IMG/VR virus record: IMGVR_UViG_3300046011_004498 | Coordinates: 8,848 to 72,847 of that record | DNA: 64,000 nucleotides | Strand: one strand, 5' to 3' | From: a virus | In this document: one piece after another, positions 56,605 to 64,000 of the stretch | How the letters are laid out: every line of letters starts with the position of its first letter | How positions within the stretch are numbered: position 1 is the first letter of the stretch | Made by a program: the position numbers and the translations under genes | The notes under the pieces: generated by a model | Databases searched by the model: none | Told to the model about the DNA's origin: nothing | Seen by the model: only the letters and a program-made list of their open reading frames with translations

Positions 56605-57798
56605 TCAAGACAAGGCATAGTTTGCGGAGAGGATGTCACTGCTATTTAGCAGAGCCATCTTATCCACGTTCACAGGTGTTCCCAGAATCTGTGAACAGAG
56701 AAAGTTCAGCATGTTGGACTCGTTAAGTTCAGCCAGCTGACGATTGTATTGAATCCGCATCTCTCCTGCGTAGTTCGGATGAACCCTGAAGCAATCATGG
56801 TTCATGAGCAGAGAGAAGGGCTTCACCGGGAGAGTATTGATCAGCTCGGTTACTTTGGTTCTATCGATCAGATCGATATTCTCACGATCAATGTAATCAA
56901 AGATACGAGCAGAGAGCCAGTTACACTGAAGGTAATGGTTCCAGAGTTTCGTGAGCATCTTGTCTTTATGACGATTGCTCCCACGCCCTTTACCAATGTG
57001 AATAGAAGTCTTCACATCAGCAATGATGGCTGGATCATAAGAGCAACGACGACCCATTTCACGGACGATGAGACCGTCAATGCTATGGGTTACGTTGGCT
57101 CCAATGGATTTACCTTCGGGTTGAGCCATATTGACCTTAGTATGAATGTCCAGCTGCTCTCCCATGAAGCTAACCTTATCGATGGCATGACCCATCACTT
57201 TGGTTTTGACATGGAAGTTATCAGGAAGGGTCCATTCGTACATCAGTGCAGAGGGGTTCCACAGTCTGAGCATAGCTTTGTTGAGAGCCCAGACTCCGGG
57301 CATCTCACGTTCAGCAATATGCTCAAACAGATCAAGCAGAGCACCTTCTCCGAAGACTCTCTTAGGCACAGCTTCTGAGCCATAGAGAACAGTCATCAGA
57401 GCGAACTTGCTGTCTTTTCGATCAACATGACTAAACTCACAGACTTCACGCATGAGTGTATCAATGTTGGTATAAGCATCCTGACGATGTCCAGTGTTAA
57501 GGACATTGCAGTGACGAGCAGCAGACTCATCACCAGAGATCAAGCTCAGGATTTGGATACCTGAGGCAGTGGCATCCAGAGAGACCATGTGTCCTGTAGG
57601 TTGACCACGGATAGTAGTGGCATAGGCTTCGGCAGCAGCGAAGAACAATGCCGGTTCCTTGGCCTTGTTAACAAGGGTACTCAGTTGATGTTGGTTCTGA
57701 TCGAACCAACTGAGACGTTCAGACCAGTCTGTACGATCAAGACCGAAGGCAGAAGCCACATCGATCTTGAGATACTGTAGGGGTGAGAAATGCTGCAT
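56605..57798 (-). CDS. RNA polymerase II subunit 2 (N4 gp16-like)
   Basis: LDATASGIQ (A), RKDSKFALMTVLYGS (B), ANVTHSIDG, NHDCF (C). Confidence 0.93.
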   Translation of the reverse strand: MQHFSPLQYLKIDVASAFGLDRTDWSERLSWFDQNQHQLSTLVNKAKEPALFFAAAEAYATTIRGQPTGHMVSLDATASGIQILSLISGDESAARHCNVLNTGHRQDAYTNIDTLMREVCEFSHVDRKDSKFALMTVLYGSEAVPKRVFGEGALLDLFEHIAEREMPGVWALNKAMLRLWNPSALMYEWTLPDNFHVKTKVMGHAIDKVSFMGEQLDIHTKVNMAQPEGKSIGANVTHSIDGLIVREMGRRCSYDPAIIADVKTSIHIGKGRGSNRHKDKMLTKLWNHYLQCNWLSARIFDYIDRENIDLIDRTKVTELINTLPVKPFSLLMNHDCFRVHPNYAGEMRIQYNRQLAELNESNMLNFLCSQILGTPVNVDKMALLNSSDILSANYALS

Positions 57799-57959
57799 AA
57801 GAGTAGGGCTCCTTTAGAAGTCGAAGTAGCTCTTCTTCTTCTGTTTGCGTTTGAAGTTTAGGATTCTTTCGCCATTACGAGGTCTTGCCCAATCGATCCC
57901 CAGTAGGATGGGGATGATCTGGATGGCGATCTTAAAGACCCATTTCCAGATGCTCATAG

Positions 57960-58220
57960 TTAGTTGCCCGGAAACACAAGGTACTTAACGGTTGGTTTAT
58001 CAGGACGTTTATTGGCAACCCAACCATCTGGTCGCATTTCGCAAAGCTCTCTGACCTCGATAAGATCGAGTTCAAGCAAGCAATTTTCACTACACATCTG
58101 ATGTGCAACAGGAAGATTTGGGTCTTGAGTTTGTAAAAACTTAATAAGACCAGCAACTGTTAGAAGTTCGAGAGGTTTGATGTAAGGAATTACATCTTTT
58201 TCTGGGAATAGCTTAGCCAA
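57960..58220 (-). CDS. hypothetical protein between RNAP II subunits
   Basis: Probable TTG start after GGAG; TVAGLIKFLQTQDPNLPV...YLVFPGN. Confidence 0.6.
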   Translation of the reverse strand: MAKLFPEKDVIPYIKPLELLTVAGLIKFLQTQDPNLPVAHQMCSENCLLELDLIEVRELCEMRPDGWVANKRPDKPTVKYLVFPGN

Positions 58221-59040
58221 TGACCATCTCCGGTTCTGCAAGTTCGATAACTGCTTTATTCCAAGGAGCTCCTTGGTAGTTAACGTGGTATCCTTGACAG
58301 TATGAACGACCACGTTTGTCGTACTTGTGAGTCAAGAAGAAGCAATTACCGACTTGGTATAGAAGCTTCATCACATGCCTGACTGTACTGTCGAACTTCT
58401 CAAAAGCTTTCTTACGCTTTTGGAAGTCACTCATGTCTTCATCTTCCTTGGGTTTATCCAAGTTACGCCAACGGTTAGCGATCATCCCAGCTGTATGGCT
58501 GTTGATGGATAGAGCGACACGGTTCATGCGATTAAGATGGTCAAGACAGATGTCTTCATCGTGGAAATTGTCACGAAGAATGGCTGAACCACGGGTGGTG
58601 ATATAGCCAGTATCCCTGTTGGTCTTCAGCATATTAGGCTTACAGACCATAGGTAGAGGATACTGGAAGCAGTCGAGCTCACGTTGGAGTTCATGAGGAA
58701 TGTCATGGACTACAATCAACTGTCGTCTAGCAGGATCGTACTTAATCAATTGCAGTGAAACGATGATGTATAGAGCATCAGCAACCCACTGAGGATTAGT
58801 GGGATTATGTTTCAATAGGATACCGATCATTGATTCCGGTATCATACGTTTATGCAATGCAATTTGGACCAATGCCTCAACAGCAAAGTCTACTGGCATA
58901 CCAATAGATTCTATGAGGTTATGGATCAAAGGCTGGTTCTCCGCTCCAAAGTATTCACGGAGACGAGGCATCAGCTGATTTTTGTTGGTGAGTTGCTCAA
59001 TACGATGTTGCAACTCAACATGAGGGTCTTTGTCGATCAT
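58213..59040 (-). CDS. RNA polymerase II subunit 1 (N4 gp15-like)
   Basis: FQYPLPMV, DICLDHLN, THKYDKRGRSYCQGYHVNYQG..WNKA. Confidence 0.93.
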   Translation of the reverse strand: MIDKDPHVELQHRIEQLTNKNQLMPRLREYFGAENQPLIHNLIESIGMPVDFAVEALVQIALHKRMIPESMIGILLKHNPTNPQWVADALYIIVSLQLIKYDPARRQLIVVHDIPHELQRELDCFQYPLPMVCKPNMLKTNRDTGYITTRGSAILRDNFHDEDICLDHLNRMNRVALSINSHTAGMIANRWRNLDKPKEDEDMSDFQKRKKAFEKFDSTVRHVMKLLYQVGNCFFLTHKYDKRGRSYCQGYHVNYQGAPWNKAVIELAEPEMVIG

Positions 59041-59062
59041 ATGTGCCTGCCTGTTAAATGAA

Positions 59063-59090
59063 AGGGCCACTGTCAAAAGACAATGGCCCT
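59063..59090 (-). terminator. hairpin in the RNAP II leader (terminator or 5' stabiliser)
   Basis: Minus strand: AGGGCCATTGTC-tttt-GACAGTGGCCCT, weak U tract. Confidence 0.55.
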
Positions 59091-59109
59091 AGATGTTTGA
59101 AGATTAGAA

Positions 59110-59130
59110 CCCACTCGCGACGAAGTCGCG
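59110..59130 (-). promoter_or_regulatory. candidate vRNAP hairpin promoter upstream of RNAP II genes
   Basis: Template (+) strand CC-ACTC-GCGAC-GAA-GTCGC mirrors N4 CC-AAAA-GAAGC-G(G/A)A-GCTTC geometry. Confidence 0.5.
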
Positions 59131-59134
59131 GTGG

Positions 59135-59386
59135 TTAACTTTGTAGAGGGGTAATAGATCCATTTTTAATGCATACAATACCACCTCTACCTGCATTATT
59201 GGACCAAGCTACGGTTAAATGTCCTCCACATAGGTTTGCGTCACTGCTGATTGAATGAGTTGTAATAGTAGTTAAACCAAGAGATCGGGCATATTGATAA
59301 GCCATACCTTCAGAGTAATTGCTCATACAGCCAGAAATACCCACGCCTATCAGACAGGCGATAGCGAGTAGAATGATCTTCTTCAT
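59135..59386 (-). CDS. small lipoprotein
   Basis: MKKIILLAIACLIGVGISGC signal/lipobox; AAGGA RBS. Confidence 0.75.
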   Translation of the reverse strand: MKKIILLAIACLIGVGISGCMSNYSEGMAYQYARSLGLTTITTHSISSDANLCGGHLTVAWSNNAGRGGIVCIKNGSITPLQS

Positions 59387-59598
59387 GTGGATTTCCTTGT
59401 ACGTGGGACGTGCAGCAGCTTGGTCCAAGCTGCGAGGGTAGCTACGGTGTCACCACCGTTTAGCTTAGCCCACCAATGAGCTAGACGAGCTTCGTCCAGC
59501 TTCAGCCAATGGGAAGTAGGTAGTGTCCAATCCTTAGGAGTTGGTTCCACCTTTTCAGACTTCACCATCTTGATTGGTGCTTTTCTGGGTTTCCGCAT
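59383..59598 (-). CDS. hypothetical protein
   Basis: 71 aa, AAGGA RBS, ATGA overlap. Confidence 0.65.
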   Translation of the reverse strand: MRKPRKAPIKMVKSEKVEPTPKDWTLPTSHWLKLDEARLAHWWAKLNGGDTVATLAAWTKLLHVPRTRKST

Positions 59599-59616
59599 TA
59601 CGTTTCAGTCCTTTAG

Positions 59617-60099
59617 TTAAAATGTACCCCAGAAGCGGTAGGGATCGCCTGCACGTTCAGGAAGATGAGTACGCCACTCCGTATCGAAGTAGCAGTTTTC
59701 GGGGGCTTTCAAGAACATGGGAGCAACCCATTCCGCTTTTAGCCCAGCAAGACCACAGCCAAGCTGAGTGACTTGAAAGTCAAGCTCAGGATGCTGGCGA
59801 GCATAGCGGATGAAGTCATCCACATATTGCTGGATTTCGATCAGAGACAGAGTGAAACCGATGCCACGTTGTTTATCGATAGAACCGGGTTGTCCCTTGG
59901 TCGGTACAGCATAGCTGTTGCCATGATGTCCTAAGCCTTGGCCCATTACCGCTCCATGCTTGAGGAGAGCGTAGCGGGCAGCACCACGACCATGAATACC
60001 GGCTTTGTTAGAACCGAAAACGAATACCATAGGTCTTCGTTGATCTTTCTCTTCAGCACGAAGTTTATTCGATGTTGATCGTTGAAAAATATTCATCAT
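59617..60099 (-). CDS. N4 gp14-like / A1S_2505-family protein
   Basis: VFVFGSN.AG.HG.GAA, GNSYAVPTK, FQVTQLGCGLAG. Confidence 0.85.
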   Translation of the reverse strand: MMNIFQRSTSNKLRAEEKDQRRPMVFVFGSNKAGIHGRGAARYALLKHGAVMGQGLGHHGNSYAVPTKGQPGSIDKQRGIGFTLSLIEIQQYVDDFIRYARQHPELDFQVTQLGCGLAGLKAEWVAPMFLKAPENCYFDTEWRTHLPERAGDPYRFWGTF

Positions 60100-60287
60100 T
60101 TTACCTCCACTACGGCTGATTTACGTAATGTGAGAGGGGTTTCACGGGTGAATAGATTGTTCAAAGACACGACCCAGAGGAAATCTCCGTGCTCTGCGAG
60201 CACTGCGAACCTCCGGGGCATGTCTTTGAACTGTCCGGGTGAGACCTCCACTTTAACAAAAGTACCGTTGGTGACTACTTTAGCCAT
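60096..60287 (-). CDS. hypothetical protein
   Basis: 63 aa, translationally coupled at both ends. Confidence 0.65.
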   Translation of the reverse strand: MAKVVTNGTFVKVEVSPGQFKDMPRRFAVLAEHGDFLWVVSLNNLFTRETPLTLRKSAVVEVK

Positions 60288-60685
60288 TAACGTTTCCTTT
60301 TCCTTGGTTCAGGGTTCTTGCTGAGGTCTGGTTTACGAACACGAGGTTCGACCACATCAACAGGAAGAGCACTAGGTATTCTTTTAAGAGCCCATGATCG
60401 TGCTCCTGGAGGTCTAAGAGCAGGATCACCACTAAGATGAAACCAAGTCCAAGCATCTTCTTCTGTATCGAAAAGAACTGGATAGGTAATCTTTGGGTAT
60501 TTGTGTTCACCAGAGATATCACACCAAATTTTGGGTAGATTAATCTCAATTAGAAACTTGTTTCTCATCTTTGACACCAATTGTCGAAACACTTGGAGTG
60601 CAAGTTGTTGTTGATAAGTAGTAAGATCATCCCAAGGAAGAGGTGAACTACTATCACTTGGGTCTTTAATAATTTCAGGGATCAT
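60287..60685 (-). CDS. hypothetical protein
   Basis: 132 aa, coupled overlaps. Confidence 0.65.
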   Translation of the reverse strand: MIPEIIKDPSDSSSPLPWDDLTTYQQQLALQVFRQLVSKMRNKFLIEINLPKIWCDISGEHKYPKITYPVLFDTEEDAWTWFHLSGDPALRPPGARSWALKRIPSALPVDVVEPRVRKPDLSKNPEPRKRKR

Positions 60686-61122
60686 CAGAATTCCATTTCC
60701 TCTAATATGTAAGGGTTATTAGCAAACTTGTGGAGTTCTTGCTCATCAGCTGTCATACGTTTATCAACAGCATCGAGAAATGTAGACACATCTAATGTTC
60801 TACGCTTCAGTATATCAAGATATCGATGAGCTCTTTGAATACTAAATACTAAAGCTTCTGTAGCACTTAAAGCAAAGCAATTACCTTTAAGAACTTTATG
60901 AACTCTTTGTCCTGTATCCAGAAAATAATAGTGTTCTGTTTCTTTATTTATCCTAAATCGATAGATAGTAAATCCATTAGGATTATAAGTATCTGAACTA
61001 TATCGATTTCTTACATAATAAAGAGCAGGAAATGGTGCTATATGATTTTCAATATGCTCCATATCCCTAAGAAATAGAGATCGAACATAATCACATAGAC
61101 GAATATCGACTCTTTCTTTCAT
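60685..61122 (-). CDS. hypothetical protein
   Basis: AT-rich ORF; ATGA overlap with upstream gene. Confidence 0.65.
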   Translation of the reverse strand: MKERVDIRLCDYVRSLFLRDMEHIENHIAPFPALYYVRNRYSSDTYNPNGFTIYRFRINKETEHYYFLDTGQRVHKVLKGNCFALSATEALVFSIQRAHRYLDILKRRTLDVSTFLDAVDKRMTADEQELHKFANNPYILEEMEF

Positions 61123-61700
61123 GACCAATCATCCCATTCGATAAGGAAATTATTAGTCCAAACATGATCTTCATGGACGTAAGTACGGATAAATTCCTTA
61201 CCTTCGAGACGACGTTCACGAGAATTATAGCGTTTAATGGATCGTTCCGTAGCTCGGCTACGTCCACCAGTGCGGTTGCGACATACGTGGTCAAAGAGGC
61301 GTTGAGCATCCCAGACTTTCGACTGGTGATCCCAGTTATAGTCAGGATTAATACCCAGATATTTGCGGTAAGTTCTGGAAACAGTTTGAGGAGTAGGTTT
61401 CTTGTACCAACGACCAGTTGGCAATCTCATCCATTTGCTACCTTGATACTCTTGAACAGCCAAAGGTGTACCTTTGTTGACGTATTCAATATCCCATTTA
61501 ACCAGACGATAGGTCCACCAAGGGTTATCATCTCCGTAGGTGACAACGACCGTCTCTGTCATACGTTCATAGAGACCGCTCTTAACCGTGTAGGGCTTCG
61601 GCTTCTTAGCCTTGGTGTGGTCCATGGTTGCCATGTGACGCACATCCCAGCTGCGAGGATGACCTTGCTTGGTCGAGGTTTTACGATAGGTACGCGACAT
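61119..61700 (-). CDS. basic hypothetical protein (MSRTYRK N-terminus)
   Basis: 193 aa, GGAGG RBS. Confidence 0.75.
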   Translation of the reverse strand: MSRTYRKTSTKQGHPRSWDVRHMATMDHTKAKKPKPYTVKSGLYERMTETVVVTYGDDNPWWTYRLVKWDIEYVNKGTPLAVQEYQGSKWMRLPTGRWYKKPTPQTVSRTYRKYLGINPDYNWDHQSKVWDAQRLFDHVCRNRTGGRSRATERSIKRYNSRERRLEGKEFIRTYVHEDHVWTNNFLIEWDDWS

Positions 61701-61725
61701 CTAGTTCCTCCTCTGAATGATGATG

Positions 61726-61761
61726 AAATAAAAAGGACCACCTCCATAGGAAGTGGTCCTC
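61726..61761 (-). terminator. intrinsic terminator
   Basis: Minus strand: AGGACCACTTCC-tat-GGAGGTGGTCCT then T run. Confidence 0.85.
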
Positions 61762-61804
61762 TTATTTAGACTGACTATTTCAAGGCCTGTAGGTCAGCGT
61801 AAAT

Positions 61805-61966
61805 CTAGCTGTTGGCTTTCTCCCGAGCATCACGAGCAGCCTTACCCAGATGGGCATTCTTGTCGTATTTGATGGGGTTCTTGGAACGAGTGCCGGGACC
61901 ACCGAGACGAACTCCTTCAGGAGCAGCAGTGGCAGCTTTGGCTTTGGGTGCAGTGTGTTTAGACAT
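61805..61966 (-). CDS. 53-aa basic peptide (not in ORF track)
   Basis: AAGGA RBS; MSKHTAPKAKAATAAPEGVRLGGPGTRSKNPIKYDKNAHLGKAARDAREKANS. Confidence 0.7.
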   Translation of the reverse strand: MSKHTAPKAKAATAAPEGVRLGGPGTRSKNPIKYDKNAHLGKAARDAREKANS

Positions 61967-61969
61967 GGT

Positions 61970-62218
61970 TCAGTCCTTCTTTTGGTTGGTAAGAGCCTTA
62001 AGTAGTCTCTCTTGATAAGGGCCTAATTTTAAGTTTCCAACAATTTCAGTAAACTCCTGAAATTGTTCAAACTTTGCTGACTTTTGATTAGCTCTTTGTA
62101 CAGGAGCAACATCCTTTAGGATGTCATGGAGATTACCTCTGTGTTTGTATCTGTCAGGAGTAGACAGACCAAAGATAATACCATTTATCATACGCCCCTT
62201 ATGGATACGTTTGATCAT
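61970..62218 (-). CDS. hypothetical protein
   Basis: 82 aa, TAATG overlap. Confidence 0.6.
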   Translation of the reverse strand: MIKRIHKGRMINGIIFGLSTPDRYKHRGNLHDILKDVAPVQRANQKSAKFEQFQEFTEIVGNLKLGPYQERLLKALTNQKKD

Positions 62219-62691
62219 TAGTTAGGCTTTGTATCAGGCTTAACGAAGAACTTACTAAGAATGTCTCCAACATTCTCAGCAGTTACTTTATCCAAACCAG
62301 AGACATCAGCTGTCTTTGGTTCAAGATATGTGTTGACCCCTTCACACAGCGTATCTTCGTCGAACTCTTTACGATGCTCAACACTGTGAGCAATCATATG
62401 AGCTGTAGTCAGTGCTTGATACATAGCACTTTCTAGGGTTTCTTCGATCTCTTGAATCATAAGAATGACATTACGAATGTCCTGACCGTCAACAAGTTTA
62501 GAAATTGATGACAGTAGATCGAGAGTTTCTTCTCTAGTAGGGTTGATGAAGAGAGTAGGGTTACCTTCTTGATCAAACAGATTAAGAGTAGGCCCAAAGA
62601 CTTGTGCATCTTTATCATGCATACGTTTTTCAGCATCATTCCCCATAAGAACTTTAGGGTTATGCTTTCTGTAATCGAGCTCGTCAGTCAT
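62218..62691 (-). CDS. hypothetical protein
   Basis: 157 aa, GGAG RBS, ATGA overlap. Confidence 0.7.
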   Translation of the reverse strand: MTDELDYRKHNPKVLMGNDAEKRMHDKDAQVFGPTLNLFDQEGNPTLFINPTREETLDLLSSISKLVDGQDIRNVILMIQEIEETLESAMYQALTTAHMIAHSVEHRKEFDEDTLCEGVNTYLEPKTADVSGLDKVTAENVGDILSKFFVKPDTKPN

Positions 62692-63245
62692 GGTGTCTCC
62701 GTGAGAAAAGCTTCTAGTTGCTCAAGAGCATTGTCATAGAAGAGGTTAAAAACAGGGATTTTACAGTTATCAGCTATACGAATAGCTTGTCCTGTACCTC
62801 CAGAGGCTTTGCCATCTTTAGTCCAGCAAACTACAAACTTACTGACAGTATCTTGCTGAACTACACCCAGTCCCGGTCCAAGTACCTGATAGACATTTCG
62901 GGTGTGTAGCTTACGAGCACTTTCATCACATGCAGCCCAGTTAGGATGAGCTGTTTCAGCAATCCTATCAGCTACCCAGTTGTCTCTGATGTGATAGTGG
63001 CCTGTTCGTACTAGGCCTGCTGATTGGGGGCTCTTGTAGTTAAAGCCCGACCAAGGCAACCATATTTGGTTCACGCCCTTACTGCCTTTTTCAAAGGCAA
63101 GATCAGCACCATCAGCATGACCAGATCGAAGTATGTAGCCCATACCACGTAGAACAGTGGCAATGCCTAGCATCTGTTCCAAGATAAGAGGTGGTGTGTC
63201 TCGTGAACCGATCCCCGCATAGAACGGGGCAGCAAGTTTGGTCAT
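62688..63245 (-). CDS. DprA-like SLOG-superfamily protein
   Basis: YAGIGSRDTP, LRSGHADGADLAFE, RNVYQVLG, SGGTGQAIRIA..IPVFNL. Confidence 0.82.
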   Translation of the reverse strand: MTKLAAPFYAGIGSRDTPPLILEQMLGIATVLRGMGYILRSGHADGADLAFEKGSKGVNQIWLPWSGFNYKSPQSAGLVRTGHYHIRDNWVADRIAETAHPNWAACDESARKLHTRNVYQVLGPGLGVVQQDTVSKFVVCWTKDGKASGGTGQAIRIADNCKIPVFNLFYDNALEQLEAFLTETP

Positions 63246-63583
63246 GTACGGTCTTTCTCTTTAATTATGAATAACTCCTCACAGGCTCTGTCATTTTCAT
63301 TCATAGCCTGAACAGCTTCTTCGCGTGTGTTGAACATCCAATTTTTATAGTTCCACACAGGTCTTATCTTAGTTGCTGAATTATCTGGAATTCCAACATC
63401 TTTGAGATACCAAGTGCCCATATCGAAATGAATATGAATACCATATTCTGATGGAACTAATCTAATTGGTGTCTTTTCAGTAATAAGACCATCATCTACA
63501 TGCCACATGTATATGGGTAGTCCTAATATGATTACGTTTTCCAGAGCTTCTTTGGTGACTATGGCTCCAGCTGGGGGTTTCAT
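63242..63583 (-). CDS. hypothetical protein
   Basis: 113 aa; FNTREEA motif; ATGA overlaps. Confidence 0.65.
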   Translation of the reverse strand: MKPPAGAIVTKEALENVIILGLPIYMWHVDDGLITEKTPIRLVPSEYGIHIHFDMGTWYLKDVGIPDNSATKIRPVWNYKNWMFNTREEAVQAMNENDRACEELFIIKEKDRT

Positions 63584-63711
63584 AGGTCCAGCTTATCTTT
63601 GACTGAAAGCAGCCCAAGAAAGACCAGACAAGCTACCGTGTAGACAAAGAGAACTTTGATAACAAACCAAGCAGCGACCAAGATTACGGCCAGTAAAATG
63701 AGCAATTCCAT
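63580..63711 (-). CDS. 43-aa membrane peptide (not in ORF track)
   Basis: MELLILLAVILVAAWFVIKVLFVYTVACLVFLGLLSVKDKLDL; AGGA RBS; ATGA overlap. Confidence 0.6.
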   Translation of the reverse strand: MELLILLAVILVAAWFVIKVLFVYTVACLVFLGLLSVKDKLDL

Positions 63712-63855
63712 GGGTGATGGTTCCTAGGTTGGATTCAGTCAAAAAGACCCATTATTTTAGACTTAGTCTTGAGTCGTCTAAAGTGAGGGTTAAAGTCAGG
63801 TAACTCCGGTTGATGAAATGTTAGGTTTTAGGTGGGGTCTCTATCTCTATCTGTG

Positions 63856-63902
63856 AAAAACCCCTCGGCCCTCGCCACCGTTAGGTGGCGAGGGCCTCGG
63901 GT
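63856..63902 (-). terminator. strong intrinsic terminator after gp2-like gene
   Basis: GGCCCTCGCCACC-gtta-GGTGGCGAGGGCC, 13-bp stem with minus-strand T run. Confidence 0.85.
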
Positions 63903-63903
63903 A

Positions 63904-64000
63904 TTAACCGATGAACGACTTCTTCTGGCGGTTAGCCGGAGGAGTAGCCACGACATCATCCTTCTTGCGATAGATGGTGACGTAGAGCGGCAGGACACGG
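63904..64000 (-). CDS. C-terminus of probable N4 gp2-like ssDNA-binding activator of RNAP II (truncated by window)
   Basis: RVLPLYVTIYRKKDDVVATPPANRQKKSFIG* resembles the gp2 tail pattern; GC-ending codons; early-end position. Confidence 0.45.
   Translation of the reverse strand, partial: RVLPLYVTIYRKKDDVVATPPANRQKKSFIG

Noticed and set aside
1-64000. tRNAs, CRISPR arrays, introns/inteins, integrase, stop-codon recoding
   Set aside because: No cloverleaf or array seen in the short intergenic gaps; core genes have normal length and are uninterrupted in the standard code. A tRNAscan/Infernal run would be needed to be certain.

Overview
About 64 kb of a lytic N4-like podovirus genome (Schitoviridae). 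The window lacks the terminase, the far-early genes and the terminal repeats. Plus strand, 1-24554 (late genes): end of a gp67-like neck protein, a lysis cassette (two small membrane proteins, GH108 endolysin, Rz with embedded Rz1), portal, gp58/57, major capsid, gp55-51 and a ~3500-aa cysteine-free virion RNA polymerase. Minus strand, ~28.6-64 kb (middle and early genes): glutaredoxin, pyrimidine-dimer glycosylase, RusA, SSB, AAA ATPase, primase, exonuclease, PolA, helicase, MazG-like, rIIB/rIIA, ThyX, dCTP deaminase, MoxR/VWA pair, Ig-like decoration protein, metallophosphoesterase, two-subunit RNAP II, small early genes and the end of a gp2-like gene. GC-ending codons in the capsid and SSB genes and a GC-rich captured island suggest a GC-rich alphaproteobacterial host (inference). 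The most unusual elements are: two paralogous adaptor+fibre cassettes outside the canonical tail locus, one beside a divergent tandem-wHTH gene; an apparently circularly permuted lysozyme domain in a very Lys-poor ejection protein; a sharply bounded GC-rich island with a junction repeat and a frameshift fusion; a candidate vRNAP hairpin promoter; and strong-RBS minigenes. No tRNA, CRISPR, integrase, intron or intein was seen. All family calls come from motifs recognised by eye and from synteny, not from database searches.
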